From Mobula birostris (Eukaryota): a DNA stretch of 64,000 bases. The translations under genes were made by a program, and so were the position numbers. Numbering within the stretch: the stretch's first letter is position 1; the number at the start of each line of letters is the position of its first letter. This document shows positions 25,001 to 37,395 of this stretch, one piece after another. Where the stretch lies: assembly GCF_030028105.1 (NCBI RefSeq), contig NC_092383.1:86137921-86201920 (forward strand). Reading direction: 5' to 3'. Below the pieces are notes generated by a model. The model worked only from the letters and a program-made list of their open reading frames with translations, was not told the origin of the DNA and made no database searches.

Positions 25001-25530
25001 TCCTGAAGATTCACAACTGTTGATAACAAAGGTAAGTCCAGGAGCCTGAATGTGATCTATTTCCCATGAATGCATTTCAGTTCGAAACAAAACCACTTAT
25101 TGATAACATCAGTTTATGAAGATGCATCTAAATTGATTATCATTCATTGGTTATTAGAACAAACAACATCTGCAGGCATTTGAATCCATAGAACGAAGTT
25201 TAGCAGTGTAAAAGGATATTAATCAGCTCACAAGTATGTGAGGGTTAAATCTTTTTGCTGGGGTGATGAAGGAAACATTGGGAAAACTGTTGTTATATTG
25301 ATATCAATGAGGATAACATGTTGGAGAAGGAATTCAAAAATCAAGTCACTGCCTTGAAGGATGACAACATTATCTTGTTTTTTTTCTGGTGACAAAATCA
25401 GGTTTAATGTCACCATCACACTGTATGCCATGAAATTAGCTATAGCAGTCATAATCAGGAAAATTCGATGATTACCATTGGAGCTGTATGCGGAGCTAGG
25501 TGGGTCAGAAGAGTTAAAAGAAAGCACTTG

Positions 25531-26070
25531 GCCCAAAGACCTGTGCGGTTTCAGGGTCCTTTAAAAGAATAGAACCGCTGTACCCTGCCAAGCATGTCGT
25601 AAAAGGCGACTAAAGAGGGTTGGGCAGAGGGTTATCAGCCCAATCCTGTAAAAATAATTATTGCTACAGAAACATCAGCAGCATCAAAACCAAGCCAGCC
25701 AGTCTTGGGAGAGGTAGGGCCTCTTTTGGAGAGCCGTATGACGTGGAGAAGTGAAAGCCAAAAGGAAGCTCCTTCACCGAAAAACCTACTTTCAACCAAG
25801 ATGACCTCCACAATTGGCATCTGGAATGTGAGGACCTTGTATGAAGCTGGGAAAACCCTGCAAGTGGAATCCTCAGGGCAAGTGTAATCGAGGTAGGCCC
25901 AAGTCCAAATGGCGGAGGGAAGTGTTAACCGATTCCAGGAGAGTGGAAATGACATGGTCACAGCTGGAGAGATATGCACAAGACAGGTTGATCTGGAAAG
26001 AGGTTGTTGATGGCCTATGCTCACTAGTGAGTTGAAAGGCAGAAGAAGAAGAAGAAGAAGAAGAAGAAGA
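25531..26070 (+). mobile_element. Internally deleted RTE element (5' UTR + endonuclease start fused to C-terminus + (GAA)n tail)
   Basis: IGIWNVRTLYEAGKT joined to WNPQGK.NRGRP..W...AQDR..W..VVDGLC; (GAA)n at ~26041-26070. Confidence 0.8.
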
Positions 26071-28254
26071 ACAAATGGCCCAAAACTTTGACTCTCTATT
26101 CATTTCCATAGATTCTGCCTGACCTACTGAGTTCCTCCAGTGGTCTGTGTGTGCTGCTTTTCACTTCATTGTAGCGCGAGGGTTGAGGTGATCCAAGAAT
26201 GTGGCTAATTTTTGTTTCTGACTTTGCAATTGTTTATAAACATGTAATTTCACATTGTATAGAAATAGATAAATGATAAAATAATTCAGGATACACAGAC
26301 AGCTTTTGTTACTTTGGGTTTGTTACATTTGTTTTAGGGGAAAACAGTGCAGTATGTTAGCTATGAATTTATATCTGCTTAAATTCTGTACATTGTGTAG
26401 TATGAGTGCTGACTCTATTGCATCAGTCACTGCTGTTCATTCTCAATGAAAGATGTGGTTAGAACTTCTCTTTTCTTTACTTGTCTTACCAAACAGAATT
26501 TAGAGAAATGTCAATGTTTTGCTAAATTTTGACAGATAGTTCTGGTCTCTTCCTGAATAGCCCCATCACTTCTTGGAAAACATCTCAACAGCCGTGGGTC
26601 AATATGCTGATGAGAGCGAGTGCAGAGATACAAAACATCTTCAGCAAAGCATTTTTGTTTCAGCCACTAGATCACTGAACAACAATAAAAACTTTGTGAA
26701 GAAAAGTGAAAAGGCCTATTGTGTTTGAACCTAATCCCAGACGTGCACACGTGTAAATAGAACGGTGGGATTCTAAAACGTTTTCCATTCTGTTGTTGAG
26801 ATGACATACAAAAACAGCAGCTTTGTAAGGTATTGGTCAGACTGCAGGTGGAAATTGTTGAACAGCTTTAGGCAGCTTATCTTCAAGAAGATATGCTGTA
26901 ATTGGAGGGGGTCCGAGGAGGGGTACGAGAATGATCCCAGGAATGAAAGTGTTAATGTGTGAGGAGTGTTTAATGGCACTGGGTCTGTACTCACTGGAGT
27001 TTAGAAGAATGAGGGGTAGGTATTCTCTTTGAAACCTCTTGAATAGTGAAGGTCCTAGAAACTGGATGGAGTGTACGTGGAGAGGCTGTTTCCTCTGGTG
27101 GGAGAGTCCCTGACCAGAGAGCAATGATTCTATGGAATTAATAGTCACCGATGGTGGTGGAGGCCATTGAGTATATTTAAAGCAGAGGTTGATAGGTTTT
27201 TGCTTAGTAAGGGTGTCAAAAGTTATGGAGAGAATGTTGTTGACGGGGATGATAAATGAGCCATTATGGAATGGTGCAACAGACTCAATAGGCTGAATGG
27301 CCTTCTTATGCCCCGATGGCTCATTGTCTTATGGTCTGAAGTACAGGCAATGCAGGAGATGATGGAACAGTCTATTTACATGAGGCATCCATTGGCACTT
27401 CCCTGAATCCTGTTTTGAACGACAAGTAAAGAGCACAGAAGTTCTACCATATCCTTTGAGAATGGCTTTGGGATATCCTGGGACAAGTAAAGTTCTCTTT
27501 CAGAACCAGAATCAGTCTTATTTTCACTGTAATCTGATGTGAAATATTTTGTTTTGCAGCAGAGAAAAAACACAAAGCAAGTTCTTTCCCTCAGACCATT
27601 AATGAGCTCAGATTTAACAGGTCCAGGTTCAGAAGAGGGACACTGCATCTGAAATTATCTGCAGCTAATCAACACTCATCAGATAACTCTGAGCTGAAGA
27701 GATCAAGGGCTCCAAACAGACTCTGGTGTTACTGCTTCACATCCTCACAGAGCAGGTGAAGTTTATTATGTGATATTCCATATTGTCAGTGGGGCATTTC
27801 AAGGTTCAAAATTCAAATTAAATTTCTTATCAAAGTACATATATGTCACTCTCTACTACTCTGATTATAACTGCAAAAATACTTTACCTTCTCTCCTTTT
27901 CAAGACCCTTTATTGTACATTCACGTGTTAGTCACAGATCGGCATTGAGAGAAGTTATACCTTCTGTTTGAAGATTCACACCCTGATGACCAATGCAAGC
28001 TGCTATAATTTGCAGCTCTCTCATTTTATTCAGCACCCAACTTTTATTTCCATTGCTTGTTCTCCTTGAAGACCTTTGTACATTGACTGGAAATGTTCAT
28101 GCTGTGGCTCTTTCTCACTCCATTTCGACAAAATGTGCTTTGAGAGGTCAGGAATCATTCAGCTTATCACAGTTGAGAAACTTCACGGTAAATTTATTCT
28201 CAAAGTATGTATATGTCTCTCTCCCTTGAGATTCATTTTCTTCCAGACATTTAC

Positions 28255-28575
28255 AGTCTGTCTGTCAAGGTACCATATCCGATGTGGACATTGGTGACCA
28301 CGGTTTTCCATATAGATCTATCCTTCGTTCTTTGGATAACTTCTATTTCCTCGATGTGTAACCACCTGGCTAGGCTTTTGATGTACATAAGCCGAGATCT
28401 TCCTCTAGGTTTGCTCCCCTCGATCTTAACAGAGAGCATGAGTTTTTCTAGCTCATCTTTCCGCATGATGTGTCCTAGGAATCTGAGTTGTTTTCCTCTT
28501 ATTGTTGTTACGAGTGATGGAACTGCTTGGGCTCTTCTGAGAACTTCTTCATTTGATGTGTGTGTGGTCCATGAT
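28255..28575 (-). mobile_element. RTE-clade LINE 3' end
   Basis: SWT..TSNEEVLRRA...QLRFLGHIMRK.ELEKL.L..KIEGSKPRGR..DRSIWK..V.N; GACA-type tail. Confidence 0.8.
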
Positions 28576-31500
28576 TTACAGTAGATCACAGAAATACAAC
28601 AGAATCAAAAAAAACTACACAAGGACTGACAAACTGCCAATCTGCATAGGAAGGCAAATGGTGCAAATTCAAAAAAAAATTAAAGATGTAAATAAATAAG
28701 TAAGACTGAGACATGAGTTGTGGAGACCTTGAAAAAAAGTTCATAGGCTGTGTTCGGTGAGCAGCTCAGTGTTAAGGTGAGTGAAGTTATCCACGCTGGT
28801 TCAGGAGCCTGGTGGCTGAACTGTTCCTGAACCTGGTGGTTTGGGACCGAAGGCTTCTGTTCCTCCTTCCTGATGGCAGCAGCTGGAAGAGAGCATGTGT
28901 GGATGATCAGGGTCCTTGATGATGGATCCTGCTTTCTTGTGGCAACACTCCTTTGCAGATGTGCTCATTGGAGGGGAGGGTTTTACCTATCACTGATCAG
29001 TCTTAACCAATCTCCATACAAACTGCCTCTGAGTAATGAATGGGTCTGTTTTTACAGTTGGCTACAAGTCAATATTGCTGATAAATCAGTAAACACAGAA
29101 ATGTCACTCAAGATGTTATCATACCTTCAAGGCATTGCAATGAAAGGATCAATCTATATACTACTAAAGCTCTCATGCTCTGTCTGTCTGTTTGTCTGTT
29201 TGTGACCTCCAATTAGCGCAAACAGTGCATTACAGCAGCACTTTTTTTCTTCAGTTTGCATAAATATTCATTTCCTTTAATATGACGCACAAAGTCATTA
29301 ATTGTGCACCCAATTGGCTTTAGAGGTCACATAATTAGTTAAATAGAGATCTGTTTTTGGAGACCTGTGTGCAGTCAAGGTGTTTCAATTGAATGTATTA
29401 AAAAAAACGGTATCTGGAAGGTCCAACACCACAATCGGTGTTGTTTCCATCGGTTTTAAGCAGCGATAGTTAGTTTAAACACATAAAGACATCTTTGTTG
29501 ACTGTCCTGACTTTGGAAGCAGTTGTACTTTTTAGCTGTATCAGGCTGAAATAGGAATATTTAATCAGATCCATTGAGAGTACTGCTGCTACTCGAGTGG
29601 CGTCTAGGCACCCCGGCAGAAGAATTTTCAGTGTTAAATTCCATCTACCACTTCTCCACCCAGCACTGCATCCTGTCGATATCCTCTTGTAAATTACAAC
29701 TTTCTGTATGATCCAAAACACCCGACTCTCTTTGTGTCATGTGTAAACATTGGTACATACATCAGACTTTGGAATTAGGTAACATTACAGAGGCGTATTC
29801 ATATACACGGGTGTCCATAGATCAGTAGGTCATAACCTGGGACTGAACTGTATCATCTTTTATCTTACACGTTATTCCTCTGACCAGATCAATCTGCTAC
29901 ATTAACAGTTTTCCACTTTTAATCCAGATCTGAGGAGGGGTCCCTGACCTGAAACTGGCTTCAATGAAGGGTCTCACCCGAAACATCAACTGCTTATTCC
30001 CTTCTGTTGATGCTACCTGATCTGCTGAGTTCCTTCAGCACTCATGTGTGTTCAATCAGCATATAGCAGTGAGATTGAAAATCTGGCTGAATGGTGTCAC
30101 AACAACTATCTCTCACTCAATTTCAGCAAAACCAAAGAGCTGATTATTGTCTACAGGAGGAGGTATCCAGAGTTCCATGAGTCAGTCCTCATCAGGGGAT
30201 CAGAGGTGGAGAGAGTCAGTATCTTTAAATTCCTTGTCGTTATCATTTTAGAAGACATATCCTGAGTCCAGTACATATCTGCCATTACAAAGAAAGCATG
30301 GCAGCACATTGTTGACTTAGAAATTTGCGAGGATCAAGATATCATCTCCGACTGATTGAAACACCAATGTCCTTGAATGGAAAAAAATGGGAAAAGGTAG
30401 TGGATACAGCTCAGTCCATCACGGATAAACTTCTCCTCACTGTGGAGCACATTGTCAGACTAAAAACAGCATCCGTCATCAATTAGACTATGCTCTCTTT
30501 TTCCTGTTGCTGTCTGGAATCAGGTACAGGAACCTCAATTCCCACATCATCAAGTTCAGGAACAGATATTACCCCTTAACCATCAGGCTCCTGAACCAGA
30601 GTGGATAATTTCCCCTATCACTGAACTGATTCCACAACTTATGGACTCACTTTCAAGGACTCTACAACTCATGTTCTCAAATATTATTTAGTACTATTAT
30701 TATCATTTAGTTTACTTTTGGTATTTCACATTTTTTGTCTTTTACACATTGATTGTTTGTCTGTCTTTGTTCATGGGTAGTTTTTCATTGATTCTGTTGT
30801 GTTTTTTTGTATTTACACTGACTGCCTGAAAGTAAATGAATGGGATAGTATATGGTAACAAATGCAGTATGTACTTTAATAATACATTTAAGTTTCTTTT
30901 CTGAGAATGATACAACAATTTGATCATTATAACATTAAAAATGATTGAAATTGGGTATATTTCCAGTCAATATTCAAAGATCTTGAAGATGAATGAACAA
31001 TGGAATTGAAAGTTGAGCATTGAACAAAATGAGTGGTTACAGTTTAATGCAGCTTACAATGGCCAATGGGGTGTGAATCTGCAAATGGAAGGTGCTACTT
31101 TTCTCAGAGTTGACATGTATCTGTAAACCGTCGATGTTAAATTAGCCTCAGAGCTGCTACATGAAGGGAGCTGTTTGCAAATGTGAGAATCAACACTGCA
31201 TGATAACAAAGTGCAAAATTTTAGAAGATTCTTTGTAATCAGATAATGATGTTGTATAGCATAAATGTATTCACACCATGGATGAGGGAGAGAAGAAATA
31301 TGACCAAAGGCCACATTGACATGGAAAATTGTGACAGGTCACTCTTGAAACTCTTGACAACATGAAATAAAAATAACACCAATTTTCAGCTTATTTGAGT
31401 TGTATATCTTTCACCATTGATCAAGTTAATGTCATTTTTTTGATAAATATGACTTAGAGGATTCACATTTTAATGTGTCAAGTTTCAGTAACTAACCAAC

Positions 31501-31732
31501 TGTAGTTTCAAGATCAGGCACCTGAATCAGCATGGATAACTTCCCTCACTCAACACTGAACTGATCACTACACACAACCTAAGGGTTCACTTTCGAGGAC
31601 TCCACAACTGATGTTCTCAGTATTTACTTATTTGGAGATACAGCACAGAACAGGCCCTTTAGGCCCAATGAGCCACACTGCCCAGTAACCCACCGATTTA
31701 ACCCAGTCTAATCCCAGCACAGTCTTCACTAT

Positions 31733-31930
31733 CATTTTGTATCTCCCCCTCCCCCTCCCACTTTCAAATCTCTTACTCACTCTTCCTTCAGTTAGTCCTG
31801 ACGAAGGGTCTCGGCCTGAAACGTCGACTGTACCTCTTCCTAGAGGTGCTGCCTGGCCTGCTGCGTTCACCAGCAACTTTGATGTGTGTTGCTTGAATTT
31901 CCAGCATCTGCAGAATTCCTGTTGTTTACA
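31733..31930 (+). mobile_element. Penelope-like 3' terminal fragment
   Basis: Near-identical to the 3' end of the 52548-53552 arms. Confidence 0.8.
31793..31830 (+). ncRNA. Minimal type I hammerhead ribozyme motif, intact
   Basis: TAGTC-CTGACGA-AGG-GTCTCGG-CCT-GAAAC-GTC-GACTG: stem I UAGUC/GACUG, core CUGANGA and GAAA, palindromic ACGU stem III, GUC cleavage triplet. Confidence 0.7.
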
Positions 31931-32044
31931 GTCTTCACTAACTTCATTTGACACCAGAAGATACACTTCGCTGTATGTTTCGATGTTTTCATGGACATGT
32001 GACAAATAAAAAGCCAATCTTTTTAATAAAACTGAATATACATG

Positions 32045-32200
32045 CAATATCTCCTTCTTGTCTATGTAGCCGATTTGTTTCCACTAAAAATGAATATTGA
32101 CGACCAATATTCCACAGCAGCAATACGTTGTGTGTGACTGATTTACTGTTGCAGAGGGGCAATCGATTGTGATCACTTTTCCAACAACTCCTCTTACCCC
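32045..32200 (-). pseudogene. Degenerate truncated V-domain exon (paralog of 20690-20847)
   Basis: GVRGVVGKVITIDC..SHTTYCC, same 2-nt frameshift, then SFLVETNRLH. Confidence 0.8.
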
Positions 32201-33924
32201 CTCTCTCCATCTACACAACTCCATCTCCCTCTAAGCAAAAGGAAGCTGAAAGTAAAAGCGTCATTCTCGAGGATATGAAGACAATTCAAAAAATGGAGCA
32301 AATGAGGGTGAGAGACAACATGATAGACACTTACAAGATGATCAGAGGCACATATCGAGCAGATATCCAGAGACTTTCCCAGGGAAGAAATGCCTACTAT
32401 GTGGGTGAATAATTTCAAGGTTATTGGAGGAAAGTATTGAGGGGGTTTCAGAGGTATATTCTTAACACAGAGTGGTAGGTCCATGAAAGGCCTTGCCAGG
32501 AGTGATTGCAGAGGCAGATACATTTAAAAAAACTCTTAGATTGGTAAATGGATAATAGGAAAGTTACAGAAGGGAAGGATGAGACTGATCTTAGAGGAGA
32601 GTAAAAGACCCTGTACTCTGGTGTAATGTTCTATCTTCTATATTCCATGAATAGTGGAATCAATCCAGTCCATGACAGGCAAAGGCCACCCCACCAGTCT
32701 TTTGCTTGTGTGTAATCTTTGCATTGATTCTGTTATATTTCTTTGTTCTGCTGTGAATACCCACGTGAAAATGAAACTTAAGGCAGTATATGATGATAAA
32801 CGTACTTTGATAATAAATTTACTTTGAACTTTGAAGTACAGCAGTAATAGAGATGTTGCTTTCAAATCAGATGCCTTCCAACTACTCAAATGCACACAAA
32901 GATCACTCAGTGACGTTTCATTAAGGGAACTCCCAGCTGTAATGGCTACATTCATCCTTGAAGCAACACCAGCCTTCATTTTTTCAGATGACATTTGGGT
33001 GTAAGGATCAGTGGAATCCCTGACTCTGACAGTACAGTCAACCATCCATCTGACAACTCACCAGTGAAGTTGATGTCTGATGGTACCTCACGAGTGAAGA
33101 CAGTCCTTTGCAGGTTTCCCTCCAATCTACAATCGCCTGAAACATCAAGCTCAAATCTCATTGGACAGCCTTCTCTTACAGTATTTCCCGCAGCCCTGAG
33201 AGTTTTTAGTCAAGTTAGGCTCTGAATGATGAGAGTTTGAAAACGGAGAGAAACTCTAATATAGCATGAAGTATGTTGACCATTTTGGCATTTGGCAGAG
33301 CAAACCAAATGCACTGATCAACAAAGTCTCCTTTGTCTGTCCTGCCTGTTATTTGCTCAAATAATTTCAATAGACTTGGGAGGGTAGATTTCTCCTGAAG
33401 GAAACCATGTTGACTTAGGCCTATTTTATCATGTGCCCCCAAGTTTTCCGAAATCCCATCCTTAATAACAGATTCTAAAAACGTACCAACCACTGAAATT
33501 AGACTGATTGATCTATAATTTCCTGATTTTGTCTCCCTCCCCCTATAAAGAGATAAATGACATTTGTAATTTTCCAGTCATCTGGAACCATATTTGAAAA
33601 ATCACTTCTAATGCTTCCACAGTCTCTCCAGCTACTTCGTTCAGAACCTTGGGATGCAGTCCAGATAACTGATCCTATTTCACAATGCTCTCTCAACTAT
33701 TCTGCTCCACTCAGGTTCAATGCAGGGTCTTGACCCAAACCATCAACAGTTCCCTTCCCCCTACAGCTGCTGCTAGTTCTGCTGAGTTCCTCCAGAAATT
33801 TTCTCTTATCTCCAGATTCTGGCATCTTTAGTGTCTACATATATTTATGCACTGTTCCGGGAATGATCAATGACCCCCTAATCAAAGCAGATTATGAAAA
33901 TATCCCACTCTGGTTGTCACCCAC

Positions 33925-33961
33925 CCTGTAGGACACCAATTAGAAGAATCGAACTCCACAT
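33925..33961 (-). CDS. Orphan leader exon MWSSILLIGVLQ-G
   Basis: ATG at 33961, 37 nt open, donor G|GTGGGT, phase 1; paralog of 21923-21959. Confidence 0.7.
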
Positions 33962-34139
33962 CATTTGATTCATGGCGAACCGATCAGCACTTGTCTGGTC
34001 ACAGAGTGAAATAACTGTCAAAGAAAAGTAAGGAGGAAGCAGCCAGGAAGTCCAGTCATGTAAACACAGCAAGTCAATTGATGTGTGATATGTGATCATA
34101 TTTCAAGTTCAACTTGAAATTTGATGGGGAGAAAATTAA

Positions 34140-36470
34140 GTCTAACATAGCATTATTTCAGTGGAGTAAAGAAAATTACAGTGGTATGGGAGAGGAGTTG
34201 GCCAAAGTAAATTGGATGTAGCTGCTGGCAGGGATGACAGCAGAGCAGCAATGTTGTGAGCTTCTAGGAAAAATGAAGAAGGTGCAGGACAGATTAATTC
34301 CAAAAATGAAGAAATACTCAAATGGCAAAATAATACAACCATGGCTTACAAGGGAAGTCAAAGCTAATGTAAGAGCAAAAGAGAGGGCATACAACAAAAC
34401 AAAAATTAGCAGGAAAATAGAACATTGGGAAGCTTTTAGAAACCTACAGGAAGCAACTAAAAGAATCATTGGGAAGGAAGAGACAAAATATGAAAGCAAG
34501 CTACCAAACAATATCAAGGTGGATAGTAAAAAGCTTTTTCAAGTATTTATAAAAATAAAAGAGGGATAAGAGTGGATATTGGACTACTAGAAAATGAGGC
34601 AGGAGAAATCATATTGGGAGTCAAGAATATGGCAGATGAACTAAATGAGTATTTTGCTTCAGTCTTCACCATGGAAGGCACTAGCAATGTGCCAGGTATA
34701 GAAGGGTGTGAGGGGAGAGCAGTGAGTACAATTATTATTACAAGGGATGAGGTGCTCAAAAAGTTGAAAAACCTAAGGGTGCACAAGCCACCCAGACCAG
34801 ATGAACTGCACCCGAGGATTCTGAAAGTTGTAGCGGTAGAGATTGTGGAGGCCTTAGTAATGATCATTCAAGAATCATTGGACTCTGGCATAGTGCCAGA
34901 GAACTAGAAAAATTGAAAATGTCATTCCACTCTCTAAGAAAGGAGGGAGGCAGCAGAAAGGAAATAATTGACTATTTAGCCTGACCTCAGTGGTTGGGAA
35001 GATGTTGGAGTCAATTGTTAAGGATGAGGTTATGGAGAACTTGGTAACACGGAACAAGATAGGACAAAGTCAGCATGGTTTCCTGAAGTGAAAATCTTGC
35101 CTGGTGAATCTGTTGGAATTCTTTGAGAAGATTTCAGTAGGATAGTTAAAGGGGATGCAGTGGATGTTGTATATTTGGATTTTCAGAAGGCCTTTGTCAA
35201 GGTGCCACATATGAGTCTGCTTACCAAGTTAAGAGCCCATGGTACTACAGCATGGTTAGAGCATTGGCAGATTGGTTGGAGACACCTGGTGCGAATAAAA
35301 GGGTCCTTTACTTGTTGGCTGCCAGTGACTAATGGTGTTCTGCAGGGGTCGGTATTAGGACCGCTTCTTTTTATGCTGTATATCAATGAATTAGATGATG
35401 GAATAGATGGCTTTGTTGCCAATTTTGCAGCTGATGTGAAAATTGGTGGAGGGGCAGATAATGTTGAGGACACAGATAGGCTGCAGAAGGAATTACAAAC
35501 ATTGTCGATAGGTTGGGAGAATGGGCAAGAAAGTGGCAAATGAAATACAACATTGGAAGATGCATGATAATGCAACTTAGCAGTAAAAATAAATGTAAAG
35601 TCTGTTTTCTAAAAGTGGAGAAAATCCAAAACTCAGATGCAAAGGGACTTGGGAGTCCTTGTGCAGAACACCCTAAAGGGTAACTTACAGACCATAAGAC
35701 CATAAGATATAGGAGCCCATCAAGTCTGCTCCACCATTTAATCACTGGCTGACCCAATTCTTCCAGTCATCCCCACTCCCCTGCTTTCACCCCGTACCCT
35801 TTGATACCCTGGCAGTGATGAGGAAGGCAAATGCAATGCTAACATTCGTTTCAAGTGGTCTAAATATAAGAACAAAGATGTGATGCTAAGGCTTTATAAG
35901 GCACTGGTGAGGCCTCACTTTGACTATTGTGAAGAGTTGTGGGCTCCTTATCTGAGAAAAGGTGTTCTGGCATTGTAGTGGGTTCAGAGGTGGTTCATAA
36001 CAATGATTCTAGGAATGAAATCATTATATGAGGAACATTTGATAGCTCTGGGCTTCTACTCACAGGAATTTCAAAGGATGGGGGGAATCTCATTGAAACC
36101 TTTTGAACATTGTAAGGCCAGGACAGAGTAAATGTAGAAAGGATGTTTCCCATGGTGGGGGAGTCTAGGACATGAAGGCACAACCTCAGGATTCAGAGGC
36201 GTCCATTTAAAACAGAGATGCTGAGAAATTTCCTTGGCCAGGGGGTGGCAAATTTGTGGAATTTGTTACTACAGGCAGCTATAGAGACCAGGCCATTGGA
36301 TGTATTTAAGGTGGAGATTGAAAGATTCTCCATTGGCCATGGTATCAAAAGTTATGGGGGAAGGCTGGGGAGTGGGGCTGAGGAGGGCAAAATAAAGGAT
36401 CAGCCATGATTGAATGGTGGAACAGGCCTGGTGGGTCAAATAGCCTAATTCTGCTCCTACATCCTACGGT
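34140..36470 (+). mobile_element. Degenerate CR1 LINE (ORF2 linker, RT, 3' UTR)
   Basis: MADELNEYFASVFT, PDELHPRILK, VDVVYLDFQKAF.KVPH, QGSVLGPLLF..YINELD, FA.DVKIGG; other CR1 pieces at ~2140-2700, 7820-8400, 9190-9780, 26830-27340, 38700-40380, 58060-59080, 59870-60460, 62330-62870. Confidence 0.9.
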
Positions 36471-36709
36471 CTTATGAAAAGCAAGACACATAATAACAAA
36501 AATCTGACATGATTGAATATGCTCAAAAAGGAGCGGAGTTCATAGATATTCTTTGTTGCTGGGGCTTTAAGAATGGGGCGAAGGTTTTCTTTAATAGGAT
36601 GTATATCGTTGGAAGCCAAGTGGAATTCCACATGTTCTGCCAGCATGGTACGTTTCTTGCGCTCACTCTGGGAGGCTGATGTTAATATTAGATAACATTA
36701 TTGCTAATG

Positions 36710-37395
36710 CTGGGAGACCGTTTCGCTGAACACTTATGCTCAGTTCGCCAGAGAAAGCAAGATCTCCCAGTGGCCACACATTTTAATTCCACGTCCCATT
36801 CCCATTTTGATATGTCTATCTATGGCCTCCTCTACTGTCAAGATGAAGCCACATTCAGGTTGGAGGAATAACACCTTATATTCCGTCTGGGTAGCCTCCA
36901 ACCTGATGGCATGAACATTGACTTCTCTAACTTCCATTAATGCCCCTCCTCTCCTTCACACCCAATCTCCTTATTTATTTAATATATATATACATATATT
37001 TTCTCTCTCTCTTTTTTCTCCCTCTGTCCCTCTCACTGTAGCTCCCTGCCTGCTCTCCACCCTCCAGGCTCCCCTCCCCCCTTCTCTCTCTCCCCAGGCT
37101 TCCCGTCCCATGATCCTCTCTCTTCTCCAGTCTGGTATCCCTTTTGATAATCAACTTTCCAGCTCTTAGATCCACCCCTCCCCTCCCGTCTTCTATCATT
37201 TCGGATCTCCCCCTTCCCCTCCTACTTTCAAATCTCTTACTATCTCTTCTTTCAGTTAGTCCTGACGAAGGGTCCCAGCCTGAAACGTTGACTGTACATC
37301 TTCCTATAGATGCTGCCTGGTCTGCTGTGTTCCACCAGCATTTTTTTTTGTGTGTGTTGCTTGAATTTCCAGCATCTGCAGATTTCCTCATTTCT
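36710..37395 (+). mobile_element. Penelope-like element 3' fragment (GIY-YIG C-terminus + 3' region)
   Basis: LGDRFAEHLCSVRQRKQDLPVATHFNSTSHSHFDMSIYGLLYCQDEATFRLEE*HLIFRLGSLQPDGMNIDFSNFH*. Confidence 0.85.
37257..37294 (+). ncRNA. Minimal type I hammerhead ribozyme motif (GUU triplet)
   Basis: TAGTC-CTGACGA-AGG-GTCCCAG-CCT-GAAAC-GTT-GACTG. Confidence 0.65.

Larger units (their letters stand above)
30880..34120. repeat. Duplicated 5' gene module, copy 2 (orphan promoter, leader and pseudo-V)
   Basis: Colinear with 16960-22115 but lacks both LTR insertions and carries its own Penelope and CR1 inserts. Confidence 0.85.

Noticed and set aside
29150-29240. Helitron-like 5' end (TCTATATACTACTAAA.. 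plus TCTG repeats)
   Set aside because: No matching 3' hairpin or CTRR end identified
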